Source: Bacteroidales bacterium (GTDB lineage Bacteria; Bacteroidota; Bacteroidia; Bacteroidales; WCHB1-69). From it: a stretch of 34,390 nt of DNA. The stretch lies in NCBI GenBank assembly GCA_012519525.1, contig JAAYQB010000006.1:1-34390 (forward strand), written 5' to 3'. The notes below the pieces were generated by a model. The model worked only from the letters and a program-made list of their open reading frames with translations, was not told the origin of the DNA and made no database searches. The translations under genes were made by a program, and so were the position numbers. Shown in pieces: positions 10,501 to 18,268 of this stretch. Numbering within the stretch: position 1 is the stretch's first letter; each line of letters begins with the position of its first letter.

Positions 10501-11788
10501 TCCTAATGTTTTCGGCTTATCTGTCAATGACAATTTCGCACCGGGTTTCCTCTTTGTCTTCGGACATCAAGAGCCTGATATTGTCGGCAAAGGTTCTCAA
10601 AACAATTGGCTCACCAATAGCGACTTGCTCAACACCCCTTATATGCAAAAACACAATAAGAACATGCAAATACAAGCTACGTTGCAGCCGTTCAGTAATT
10701 TCAGAATACAGCTTACGGCTACACGCAGCAATTCAACCACCGATCAATTTTATTACCTCGCCGACAGCAATGGCGTTTTCGACAAATACACCCGTCAACA
10801 AATAGGAAGTTTTAGCATAACAACAATCAGTCTTTCTACTCTGTTTGAACCAAAAAGAGAAAAAAATGCCAGCAAAAATTTTGAAACATTCAAATTGTAT
10901 CGTTTAGCAATAGCACAACGATTGGCTGAAGACAGAGCTGCCCGTCAACCGAGCTATACAAAAGGAAATGATAAATTCCCTGACGGATATAGCAACTTAA
11001 GTCAAGATGTATTATTATATTCATTTATAGCAGCTTATGTAGGAAAATCTCCCAAAGAAGTGAATATTTCATCTCCATTTTTCAATATACCGCTTCCTAA
11101 TTGGAACATTAACTACAGCGGATTATCAAAAATTCCGGCATTAAGCAAGTATTTCCAAAACATCACGATTGCACATGCCTACATGTGTACGTATCAAATT
11201 GGAGGCTATGCTACCAATCTCTTATACAATCCCGAAGATGGTGATTTACAAAACATACGCGATGCTTTAAACAATTTTATTCCCGTAATAGAATACGGAC
11301 AAGTGGCAATAGTAGAAAATATGTCGCCGGTAATCTCATTGAATATAAGCATGCAAAACAGCTTTGAGTTCAAAGCCGAATGGAAAAAATCACGTAGCGT
11401 AACCATGAGTACTTCCAGTTTCCAAATATCGGAACAAACCAACAATGAATTCATTGTCGGAACCGGCTATCGAATCAAAGACATAAAAGTAACCTACAAC
11501 TTTTCAGGAGTAAAACGTCAATCAATTAGTGATTTAATACTTAAATTGGATTTTTCTATTCGTGATAATAAAACCATCCTACGTAAAATAGAAGAAGGTG
11601 TAAATCAGCCTTCTGCCGGACAGATAATTTATTCTATTAACTTCCTTGCCGAATACGTGCTGACAAAAAATGTATCGCTGAAAGCCTATTACGACCACGT
11701 ATTCAACAAGCCTGTATTATCGGGGAGCATATCGAGTCTAACTATCAATGCCGGAATTGGAGTGAAAATCAATTTTACTCAAATATAA
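4544..11788 (+). CDS. sprA: Type IX secretion system outer-membrane translocon SprA/Sov
   Basis: 2414 aa, with motifs typical of SprA: IFGSSLIDIKPSGSVEL, FDFDQNIQVNL, YEENRHFFL, WKLMMKNVY, IEYIEFWMMDPF, FNLGDISEDILRDGRKSFEHGLP and VEIWVNELRL. ruvA-sprA adjacency is typical of Bacteroidota. The GTG start is uncertain. Confidence 0.95.
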   Translation: MKVIKKSYYIFYILLHLVIIYSFVQVAHANKLFFDAYIFPNDTGKKIVPQPSTNPFQQTPSSPFYLKDPKNFSTKIEYDPKNNNYNFQQKIGNTNFGNPGSMSLDEYLQYDIQKAMRDYWRQRSGIGINTESQQGIIPQIRVPSEAFEHIFGSSLIDIKPSGSVELKFGLIHTQNDNTSLNTDARRQTRFDFDQNIQVNLKASIGDKIHYNMSYSTETSFNFENKYKLGYEGKEDEIIKLIEFGDVNLPLNSTLIQGSQTLFGVKTQLQFGKTTLTTVISQQKGDKTNIVVENGAEMTEFEFKADDYEENRHFFLAQYFYDTYGEAMATLPLINSKVTITKIEVWRTNIGSAVQENRNIVALADLGEINPHNANVKRNAAYRHNYPDSNANDLLQNMDYNKLRNINTASTYLESKGMVAGLDYEKIESARLLSPSEYTFNSKLGFISLTSKLNADQALAVAFQYTVIGDPNIYQVGQFSNEVQTPGCVIVKLLKSTAVNTKIPMWKLMMKNVYSLNAYQVSGEEFRLNILYKGEEGGVGLGYFSEVSEDLKGVSLIRIMGLDRLNYQQAAIPDGVFDFIDGAATVGGTIQAEYGRIYFPTVEPFGKDLRETLKNSPGAGDKYAFDSLYTTTKTLAQQYSEKNKYYLEGRYKSTYGNEISLGVWNIAQGSVTVTAGGVTLTEGVDYSVDYNAGTLRILNQNYLSSGTPINISVESTNVMGTTKTMFGLHVDHALNKDMVIGATLLNLRERTETFKVNFGEEPINNTIWGLNFAMQKDVRAITKALNYLPIYKTKQESSIQFDGEFAHFIPGHTRSIGRGNKAQLYVDDFEAAKTTINLTTPGFWFLASTPQHQTKKGMFPEAALGSGLQYGFNRAKIAWYIIDPLFHNNSSSTPSNITADDKSEMYSRRILIKEVFPYKSIDATSQDPYLSVLNLAFYPKERGPYNYDALGVAGISAGLNSDGSLKNPETRWGGIMRKLESTDFETSNIEYIEFWMMDPFYGNPNHSGGKLYFNLGDISEDILRDGRKSFEHGLPPDGSDENVDYTIWGRVPNTQSIVSAFDNSVASRKYQDVGYDGLYDSLERIHFSDYLATVKGILSADAYTAIANDPSADNYHYFRGSKYDNDNIKILERYKYFNNTEGNSPTDDDNPEKYPTQSSSYPNMEDINNDNTLSEDERYYQYVVELNPDKMQIGESYIVDIMENQNVRLENGKVVAIKWYQFKIPIRKPDEVIGSISDFSSIRFMRMFLKGFKEDVVCRFGTLELVRGDWRQYTKDLKQNGDYPIGIVNDNTSFYVSTLSLEENYHRKPIPYRMPGGLEREEIYSPTNTIKELNEQSVTMKVTNLIDGDARAIYKNTNFDFRRFKVLRFYLHAEKVFEEEQLQQGDVTFFIRLGSDASENYYEYEIPVALTPWYTKDTALIWPSENNIEIELQKLIDAKQERNIANRSGADFPHNEPYLVRDGKNTIRVVGAPNLSDINVIVMGIRNPKKRSLDEKDDMLPKSVEIWVNELRLGNFEEKGGWAARGNLKVNLADLGDVSLAGSIRTAGFGALESNTYTRLQETITNFDVATNLQLGKFLPEKWSVSIPFHYDYSRTTSTPEYNPLNPDVKLKNDLKTYTSKHDIDSIKKQTLEIVQRQNFSLMNVSKGKTGSGKNYVWGLENFDFSYAYTEKNVQDINYEYDDLVTHSGEIGYTYGWSPKNYKPFDKFQKLKSIKWLQLLYDFNFYLLPKSFSFSTDIYRYYQESKIRNKSRGIIITEPMYVKAFEWSRNYTIAWDITQALKFDFSAKAESLIDEPQGRIDTRTKKDSIWHNVGKLGRINTYSQNFNASYQIPINKIPLFSFITSNVRYASTYRWELAPPAIDYLGNNIENSNTKQFNINAGFTAIYNKSKYLRKVNQGTFGSSLYDKPILKSKQEQWNKEQQQLRASKNILKNDSTANEEEEEPKQTKNYGKEVLDNFLRLLMLVKNVSFSYTEGNGISLPGYMLSPNVFGLSVNDNFAPGFLFVFGHQEPDIVGKGSQNNWLTNSDLLNTPYMQKHNKNMQIQATLQPFSNFRIQLTATRSNSTTDQFYYLADSNGVFDKYTRQQIGSFSITTISLSTLFEPKREKNASKNFETFKLYRLAIAQRLAEDRAARQPSYTKGNDKFPDGYSNLSQDVLLYSFIAAYVGKSPKEVNISSPFFNIPLPNWNINYSGLSKIPALSKYFQNITIAHAYMCTYQIGGYATNLLYNPEDGDLQNIRDALNNFIPVIEYGQVAIVENMSPVISLNISMQNSFEFKAEWKKSRSVTMSTSSFQISEQTNNEFIVGTGYRIKDIKVTYNFSGVKRQSISDLILKLDFSIRDNKTILRKIEEGVNQPSAGQIIYSINFLAEYVLTKNVSLKAYYDHVFNKPVLSGSISSLTINAGIGVKINFTQI

Positions 11789-11916
11789 ACCTTAAATTAT
11801 TAAGCTGATACACTAAATATCACTAACTTGTAGGATTAAACTTATCATATCAACTGTTTTTTGATAATTTTTTCTAAAAAAACAAAAAAAAGTTCTTTTT
11901 ATAACGAAATATTTTA

Positions 11917-11924
11917 TACTTTTG
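11917..11924 (+). promoter_or_regulatory. -7 box TACTTTTG upstream of rpmH
   Basis: TAnnTTTG consensus about 75 nt upstream of the ATG at 11999. Confidence 0.65.
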
Positions 11925-11998
11925 CAATTCTTAAAAAAGCAGGTATAAAGTCTGTCAAAACATAGCAAGTAATTAGAGAAATATAATACGATATAAAA

Positions 11999-12163
11999 AT
12001 GAAGAGAACATTTCAACCTTCGAATAGGAAAAGAAGCAACAAACATGGCTTTAGAAAAAGAATGTCAACGGCAAACGGACGTCGTGTAATAGCTGCCCGC
12101 AGAGCCAAAGGCAGAAAACGATTAACAGTATCAGACGAAAAATTAGGAGGAAAGAAATTTTAA
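11999..12163 (+). CDS. rpmH: 50S ribosomal protein L34
   Basis: Not in the ORF track (54 aa). Translates as [54 protein letters not shown]. Confidence 0.97.
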   Translation: MKRTFQPSNRKRSNKHGFRKRMSTANGRRVIAARRAKGRKRLTVSDEKLGGKKF

Positions 12164-12184
12164 TTCGATTTTACATACATGGAC

Positions 12185-12222
12185 AAAGGAGAAAGTAATG
12201 CTTTATTGCTTTCTCCTTTCTT
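12185..12222 (+). terminator. Hairpin / probable intrinsic terminator after rpmH
   Basis: AAAGGAGAAAGTAAT-gcttt-ATTGCTTTCTCCTTT, a 15-bp stem with one G-U pair, followed by ctt. Confidence 0.65.
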
Positions 12223-12256
12223 ATATACCACTAACTCTAAATAGATAAAAGAAAAA

Positions 12257-14671
12257 ATGATTTACCCGGCTAACTTTGAAAAAAAAATAGATTTTCACCA
12301 AATCCGATTTTTTTTAAAAGAAAATTGCATCAGCACTTTGGGTAAAGACAAAGTAGATGACATCGAATTTCAAACCGACATACATCTAATTACTGCTTTA
12401 CAGGAAATTACTGAAGAATTTAGACAAATATTACTCTTCGAACCTTCCTTCCCGACACAAGATTATCTTGACATCCGACAAGCACTATCTCACTTGGAAA
12501 TTGAAGGAACAGCAATTGACATAGAAACTCTTGGAAACTTAAGAGCCGTATTAAAAACCATACAAGATTGTTTGGTCTTCTTTAGAGTAAAAAAAGAAGA
12601 AGAAAAATACCCTTTTTTACAACAGCTTGGCGAAAACATAATAGTAGACAATGCACTTATTCAAAACATTAATGCAATAATAGACAGCAAAGGCAATATA
12701 AAAGACAATGCCTCACCGGAATTGCAAACCATTCGTCAAAAAATAAAAGCCAAAGAAACTGAAATACAAAAACAACTACATAAAATTATCTCACAAGCTA
12801 AAAAAGAAGATATTATAGAATCGGATACAAGTTTTACCGTTCGCGAAGGGCGATTGGTCATTCCTATACCGGCAGCACACAAACGCCGAATGAAAGGTTT
12901 TATTCATGACGCATCGGCAACAGGACAAACTTTTTTTATCGAACCGCAAGAAGTATTTGAAGCCAACAATTATCTTCGTGATTTGCTTTCGATGGAAAAA
13001 AAAGAAATACTCCGCATATTAAAAAACTTCACCGATTTATTGCGACCCGACATTTCTTCTATTAAAGAAGCTTTGAACTACTTAGGACAATTGGATTTTA
13101 TCAGAGCTAAAGCCAAATTTACTTTAACGATAGATGCCGTTAAACCAATCATTAACAATCAATCCATTATCAATTGGAAAAAAGCAAAACATCCCATACT
13201 ATATTTAAACTTTCAACATCAACAAAAAAAAGTCGTTCCTTTAGATATTGCTATTGATAATCAAAATCGTATATTAATCATATCGGGTCCCAATGCCGGC
13301 GGAAAATCGGTCTGCTTAAAAACGGTCGGATTGCTGCAATACATGTTTCAATGCGGACTTTTGGTACCCGTATCGGAACTTTCCGAATTTGGAATATTTC
13401 ATAACTTATTCATTGACATAGGCGACGAACAATCCATAGAAAACGATTTAAGCACCTATAGTTCCCATCTGAAAAATATGGATACTATTTTAAAACATGC
13501 CGACGACCGCAGTCTTTTTTTAATGGACGAATTGGGCAGCGGTACCGACCCCCAATACGGTGGTGCTATCGCTGAGGCTTTTCTTGAAACTTTATCGAAA
13601 AAGAAAACATTAGGCGTTATCACAACACATTTCGGCAATCTAAAAACAATAGCTACCACTACCGAAGGATTACAAAATGCAGCTATGCTCTTCGACGACG
13701 AAACAATGAGTCCATTATTCATTTTAAAATCAGGAAAATGGGGAAGTTCTTTTACCTTTGAAATTGCAAAAAAAATAGGATTTTCACAACAATTACTCGA
13801 CGAGGCTATAAAAAAAATCGGAACCAATCAAATAGATTATGAATTATTGCTGCATCAGCTCGAACAAGAAAAAGTAGTAATCGACAATCAAAAACGCATG
13901 ATAGATGCTGTTGATAATCAATTAAAAGAACTAATTGACAAATATGAAACATTGAACGATACTCTTCGAGAGCAAAAAAATGAAATAGTGAAAAACGCTA
14001 AGATAGAAGCAAAAAAAATTATTGACAACGCCAATAAAATTATTGAAAAAACCGTTAAAGAAATAAAAGAACACAAAGCTGACAAAGAAGTAGTTAAACA
14101 ATTAAAAGAGGAAATAAAAAAAGTAGAAAAAACAATACAGCTCCCCACTACTCTACCCGTTTTGCCTACTTCTATAAAAAAACAAAAAAAAGAAAATACC
14201 ACAATAAAACTATCGGACTATGTAATTATTAAAGATACGAATACCGTAGGACAAATTACAGCCATTGATAATGAAAACATTGTAGTAACATTTAATTCCA
14301 TCAACTTTAAAACAACCATTGACAAAGTCGTAAAAACAAACAATATTCCAAAAACCCAACAACAACACTCTACAACTATTAATAATCAGAATATTTACAG
14401 TGAAATTCATCATAAACTCATTCATTTTACAACCGAATTAGACATTCGCGGGCTAAGAGTGGACGAAGCTTCCGAAAAATTAGAACGCTATATAGATGAT
14501 GCCATTTTATTGCACTTACGAGAAGTAAGTATCATTCATGGAAAAGGCAACGGCGTTTTACGCAGTATAACACGTGACTTACTGTCTAAAAATAAACAAG
14601 TTATAAATTTTCACGATGACGACCCATTGTTAGGCGGAAGCGGAAAAACAATAGTGCAACTTAAAAATTAA
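12257..14671 (+). CDS. mutS2: Endonuclease MutS2 (MutS ATPase + coiled coil + Smr domain)
   Basis: Walker A ISGPNAGGKS, DIGDEQSIENDLSTYSSHL, DELGSGTDPQYG, ITTHF, and a C-terminal Smr domain ELDIRGLRVDEA...IIHGKGNGVLR...GGSGKTIV. Confidence 0.95.
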   Translation: MIYPANFEKKIDFHQIRFFLKENCISTLGKDKVDDIEFQTDIHLITALQEITEEFRQILLFEPSFPTQDYLDIRQALSHLEIEGTAIDIETLGNLRAVLKTIQDCLVFFRVKKEEEKYPFLQQLGENIIVDNALIQNINAIIDSKGNIKDNASPELQTIRQKIKAKETEIQKQLHKIISQAKKEDIIESDTSFTVREGRLVIPIPAAHKRRMKGFIHDASATGQTFFIEPQEVFEANNYLRDLLSMEKKEILRILKNFTDLLRPDISSIKEALNYLGQLDFIRAKAKFTLTIDAVKPIINNQSIINWKKAKHPILYLNFQHQQKKVVPLDIAIDNQNRILIISGPNAGGKSVCLKTVGLLQYMFQCGLLVPVSELSEFGIFHNLFIDIGDEQSIENDLSTYSSHLKNMDTILKHADDRSLFLMDELGSGTDPQYGGAIAEAFLETLSKKKTLGVITTHFGNLKTIATTTEGLQNAAMLFDDETMSPLFILKSGKWGSSFTFEIAKKIGFSQQLLDEAIKKIGTNQIDYELLLHQLEQEKVVIDNQKRMIDAVDNQLKELIDKYETLNDTLREQKNEIVKNAKIEAKKIIDNANKIIEKTVKEIKEHKADKEVVKQLKEEIKKVEKTIQLPTTLPVLPTSIKKQKKENTTIKLSDYVIIKDTNTVGQITAIDNENIVVTFNSINFKTTIDKVVKTNNIPKTQQQHSTTINNQNIYSEIHHKLIHFTTELDIRGLRVDEASEKLERYIDDAILLHLREVSIIHGKGNGVLRSITRDLLSKNKQVINFHDDDPLLGGSGKTIVQLKN

Positions 14672-14735
14672 ACACTATTTATAATTATTTTTCATTATCT
14701 TTCAAAAAAACATCATTTTATATAAAAAAAAATAG

Positions 14736-14743
14736 TATTTTTG
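14736..14743 (+). promoter_or_regulatory. -7 box TATTTTTG upstream of the rplM operon
   Basis: TAnnTTTG consensus followed by cac, about 95 nt upstream of rplM. Confidence 0.65.
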
Positions 14744-14838
14744 CACGCTTGATAAAAGTCCGATATTATCCACAAACGAAGAAGGTGAAATATTTGTTTG
14801 TAAATAAATTAAAGAAAAAAATTAGATAATTAAAAAAA

Positions 14839-15294
14839 ATGGATACATTAAGTTACAAAACTGTTTCGGCAAATAAAGCGACAGTTGATAAAGAATGGTT
14901 ATTAGTTGATGCAGAAGGCGAAGTATTAGGTCGCTTAGCATCAGTTGTAGCAAAACTTTTAAGAGGAAAACATAAACCGAATTTTACTCCTCATGTCGAC
15001 TGCGGCGACAATATTATTATTATTAATGCTGACAAAGTACGTTTAACGGGAAATAAATTAACCGATAAAGTTTACGTCAGACATACGGGCTATCCCAGTG
15101 GACAGCGCTTTTCCACTCCTAAAGAGTTATTACAAAAACAACCGATTAAAATTATAGAACATGCTGTAAAAGGAATGCTACCTAAAAATAAATTAGGAAG
15201 TCAATTATACAGAAATCTATACGTTTACGAAGGCACTGAACACAAACAAGCAGCTCAACAACCCAAAGTCATCAACATTAAAGATATTAAATAA
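14839..15294 (+). CDS. rplM: 50S ribosomal protein L13
   Basis: MDTLSYKT..., WLLVDAEGEVLGRLAS, LRGKHKPNFTPHVDCGD, AVKGMLPKNKLG. Confidence 0.98.
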   Translation: MDTLSYKTVSANKATVDKEWLLVDAEGEVLGRLASVVAKLLRGKHKPNFTPHVDCGDNIIIINADKVRLTGNKLTDKVYVRHTGYPSGQRFSTPKELLQKQPIKIIEHAVKGMLPKNKLGSQLYRNLYVYEGTEHKQAAQQPKVINIKDIK

Positions 15295-15299
15295 TAATT

Positions 15300-15686
15300 A
15301 TGAATACTATCAATACCTCTGGCAGAAGAAAAACAGCCGTAGCACGCATCTATATGAAAGCCGGTAATGGCAACATTACCGTCAATGGACGCGACTACAA
15401 AGAATATTTTCCGACAGGAACACTTCAGTATATTGTCAATCAAGCATTTGTTGTTTCTAAAGAAGACAATAAATTCGACGTTAATGCACGTCTGAATGGC
15501 GGTGGCATGACAGGACAAGCGGAAGCATTACGCTTAGCTATTTCCAAAGCACTTTGCGAAGTCGACGCCGAACACCGACATGCATTAAAAGCGGAAGGCT
15601 TATTAAGAAGAGATCCTCGTATGGTCGAAAGAAAGAAACCGGGAAGACCTGGGGCTCGTAAAAGATTTCAATTTAGTAAACGTTAG
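15300..15686 (+). CDS. rpsI: 30S ribosomal protein S9
   Basis: GRRKTAVAR, GGGMTGQAEALRLAI, RDPRMVERKKPG...ARKRFQFSKR. Confidence 0.98.
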   Translation: MNTINTSGRRKTAVARIYMKAGNGNITVNGRDYKEYFPTGTLQYIVNQAFVVSKEDNKFDVNARLNGGGMTGQAEALRLAISKALCEVDAEHRHALKAEGLLRRDPRMVERKKPGRPGARKRFQFSKR

Positions 15687-15712
15687 CATTAGCATACAAG
15701 GCATCAATCAAT

Positions 15713-15760
15713 GTTTAGTATCTAAATTGCAAAGACTTTTGTTATCAAAACTACTTTGCA
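15713..15760 (+). promoter_or_regulatory. Candidate structured leader upstream of rpsB
   Basis: Two adjacent hairpins, TTTAG-tat-CTAAA and TGCAAAG-ac-TTTTG-ttat-CAAAA-cta-CTTTGCA, with no U-tract. The function is inferred. Confidence 0.4.
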
Positions 15761-15802
15761 GTTGCTTAATAAAATAAAGAATGTAAACATAAAAAAAATC
15801 AA

Positions 15803-16684
15803 ATGACAAGAGTAAATTTTGAACAATTATTAGAAGCAGGTGCACATTTCGGACACCTCAAAAGAAAATGGAACCCCAATATGGCTCCCTACATTTTCAT
15901 GGAAAAAAACGGGATACATATTATTGACCTTCACAAAACGGTAATCAAAACCGAAGAAGCATGCAAAGTATTGCAACACATTGCTCGTTCCGGAAAGAAA
16001 ATCTTATTTGTTTCAACAAAAAAACAAGCGAAAGAAATCATTGCCGAACACGTAAAAGCAGTTAATATGCCTTACGTAACGGAACGTTGGGCGGGCGGAA
16101 TGTTAACCAACTTTAACACCATTCGTAAAGCTGTGAAAAAAATGTCAACCATTGACAATTTGATGAAAAGCCCGGAATGGAATAGCATTTCAAAAAGAGA
16201 AAGACTTCAAATACAAAGAGAAAGAGCTAAATTAGAAAAAAACCTCGGCTCTATATCCGATTTAACAAGACTGCCGGCAGCCGTTTTTGTCGTTGACATT
16301 ATGAAAGAACATATCGCCGTAGCAGAAGCACGTAAATTAGATATTCCTATCTTTGCTATTGTAGATACAAATTCCAACCCTAACTTGGTAGACTATCCTA
16401 TTCCTGCCAACGATGATGCTTCTAAATCAATAGCAGTAATTATCAAAGCCGTATGCGAAGCTATACAAGAAGGATTGAACGAAAAATCTTTAGATAGCGA
16501 TAAAGAAGAAGAGGAAGAAATCGTAGAAAAAGACATCATCGACAAAGCCGACGAAGAAGAGGAAGAAGAAAAATCGGAAAGAACAGGAAGAAGACGAAGA
16601 AGAATCGGCGAAGCAAGCGGTGATGCTTCTTCCATGGACGAAAAGAAAAAACGTCCAAGCAAACGACCTGTTTCTAAAAAATAA
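15803..16684 (+). CDS. rpsB: 30S ribosomal protein S2 with charged C-terminal extension
   Basis: LLEAGAHFGH, WNPNMAPYIF, RWAGGMLTNF, VDTNSNP...IPANDDASKS. Confidence 0.98.
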   Translation: MTRVNFEQLLEAGAHFGHLKRKWNPNMAPYIFMEKNGIHIIDLHKTVIKTEEACKVLQHIARSGKKILFVSTKKQAKEIIAEHVKAVNMPYVTERWAGGMLTNFNTIRKAVKKMSTIDNLMKSPEWNSISKRERLQIQRERAKLEKNLGSISDLTRLPAAVFVVDIMKEHIAVAEARKLDIPIFAIVDTNSNPNLVDYPIPANDDASKSIAVIIKAVCEAIQEGLNEKSLDSDKEEEEEIVEKDIIDKADEEEEEEKSERTGRRRRRIGEASGDASSMDEKKKRPSKRPVSKK

Positions 16685-16712
16685 TGTATAATCTTAAAAT
16701 AATAATATAAAA

Positions 16713-17543
16713 ATGGCAATAACAGCAGCAGATGTCAATAAATTAAGACAAGCTACCGGCTCGGGAATGATGGACTGCAAAAATGCACTCGTCGAAGCCG
16801 ATGGTGATTTTGAAAAAGCAATTGACATATTAAGAAAAAAAGGACAAAAAGTAGCAGCTAAAAGAGCTGATCATAGTGCTAACGAAGGTTTTATCGTAGC
16901 TAAAACTACCAACGACAATAAATTTGGTGCAATAATAGCTTTGAATTGTGAAACCGATTTTGTTGCAAAAACAGAAGACTTCATTAACTTAGCCAATAGC
17001 ATTATCGATTTAGTGATAAAAAATCGCATTAAAACCATAGAAGCGTTAAAACAAAGCACCTTAAACGGTCAAACTGTAGAAGCACTTCTTACCGAAATTA
17101 CCGGTAAAACAGGCGAAAAAATTGAATTAAATCAATTTGCTATTATCGAAAAAGAATTTGTTTCCTACTATAATCACAATGGAAACAGAGTAGCTACTAT
17201 CGTAGGATTCAATAAGAAAGCTAATAATATTGAGGTAGTCGGACACGATATTGCAATGCAAATCACAGCAATGAGCCCCATTAGCGTTAACGAAAACAAC
17301 GTTCCAAAAGATATTATTGAACGTGAATTGGAAATTGCACGCGAACAAATCCGTAACGAAGGAAAACCCGAACACATGGTAGATAAAATAGCACAAGGAA
17401 AATTAAATAAGTTTTTCAAAGAAAACACCCTTGTACACCAAGATTTTATTAAAGACAGCAAAAAAACTGTTGCTCAATACATGAGCGAAAACGACAAAGA
17501 CTTAATCTGTGAAAGTTTCTTCCGTTTTCAATTAGGTGCATAA
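16713..17543 (+). CDS. tsf: Translation elongation factor Ts
   Basis: ITAADVNKLRQATGSGMMDCKNAL, LNCETDFVAK, GKPEHMVDKIAQGKL; follows rpsB. Confidence 0.98.
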   Translation: MAITAADVNKLRQATGSGMMDCKNALVEADGDFEKAIDILRKKGQKVAAKRADHSANEGFIVAKTTNDNKFGAIIALNCETDFVAKTEDFINLANSIIDLVIKNRIKTIEALKQSTLNGQTVEALLTEITGKTGEKIELNQFAIIEKEFVSYYNHNGNRVATIVGFNKKANNIEVVGHDIAMQITAMSPISVNENNVPKDIIERELEIAREQIRNEGKPEHMVDKIAQGKLNKFFKENTLVHQDFIKDSKKTVAQYMSENDKDLICESFFRFQLGA

Positions 17544-17561
17544 ACAGTTTTTACTAATAAT

Positions 17562-17594
17562 AAAAGCACTCTTTTCGAAAGGGTGCTTTTTTTT
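17562..17594. terminator. Bidirectional intrinsic terminator between tsf and the UDG-family gene
   Basis: AAAAGCACTCTTT-tcg-AAAGGGTGCTTTTTTTT between convergent genes. Confidence 0.85.
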
Positions 17595-17607
17595 ATTGAC
17601 CTCTCTC

Positions 17608-18189
17608 CTACCTTCCTTCTTTCACCAACACTTCTTCCAACATTTTCTTATACAGCCTTGCTTTTTCGTCCAAGGATTTCGGATAAGCACGAGAAGTGGA
17701 AGGCAAACGATACCAAGACATTTTTCTATCAAGGAAATCAAAAAAAATCGGCTCATTAAAACTCGGCTCTTTTATTTTCAAGACACTCGCTAAAACTTCC
17801 GTTGCCTTTCCGCCTGTAGTAACTATACTGTAACAGTGAGGAATCGACAATAAAACAGCCTCTAAATCTATCGCTTCTACTACTTCTAAAAAATTATCGG
17901 AAGAGTTGTTTTTTGCTCTATGCACTTTTACTGCCGTATCGCCCAAAGCAATTCCCTTATCTTCCAAAAATGCTATTATTTTTTCTTTATCGAATACTTT
18001 TTGAGACGGAAGTAAAAAATGATTTTTATCATTAAAAAACACCAATCCGATGATACGCCACATATCGTTCTGTAAATTAGGATAATAAAAATCCATTGAC
18101 CAACGATTTTTAGTCGGTGGAAAACTTCCCAAGAATAAAACTTTTGCATTTTTCGGCAAAAAAAACGGTAGCGGATGTAGCTCAAACAT
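17608..18189 (-). CDS. Uracil-DNA glycosylase superfamily protein (MUG/HDG-like)
   Basis: HPLPFFLPKNAKVLFLGSFPP, FYYPNLQNDMWRI, C-terminal RLPSTSRA motif. Confidence 0.85.
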   Translation of the reverse strand: MFELHPLPFFLPKNAKVLFLGSFPPTKNRWSMDFYYPNLQNDMWRIIGLVFFNDKNHFLLPSQKVFDKEKIIAFLEDKGIALGDTAVKVHRAKNNSSDNFLEVVEAIDLEAVLLSIPHCYSIVTTGGKATEVLASVLKIKEPSFNEPIFFDFLDRKMSWYRLPSTSRAYPKSLDEKARLYKKMLEEVLVKEGR

Positions 18190-18210
18190 AGACTATGTGT
18201 TTTAAAATAT

Positions 18211-18243
18211 AAAAGTTGCCCATTGGGAATAACAGGCAACTTT
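18211..18243 (-). terminator. Probable intrinsic terminator downstream of the DUF1015 gene
   Basis: AAAGTTGCC...GGCAACTTT inverted repeat, followed by a T-rich tract on the minus strand. Confidence 0.6.
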
Positions 18244-18268
18244 CCATGAAAACTATAAACTTAAATGC

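Noticed and set aside
12279-12287. A9 tract at the 5' end of mutS2 as a phase-variation switch
   Set aside because: A/T runs of this length are common throughout this AT-rich window, and the frame is intact.
4760-17793. Numerous short ORFs within or antisense to sprA, rpmH, mutS2, rpsI, rpsB and tsf
   Set aside because: They overlap well-supported genes and have no recognisable motifs.
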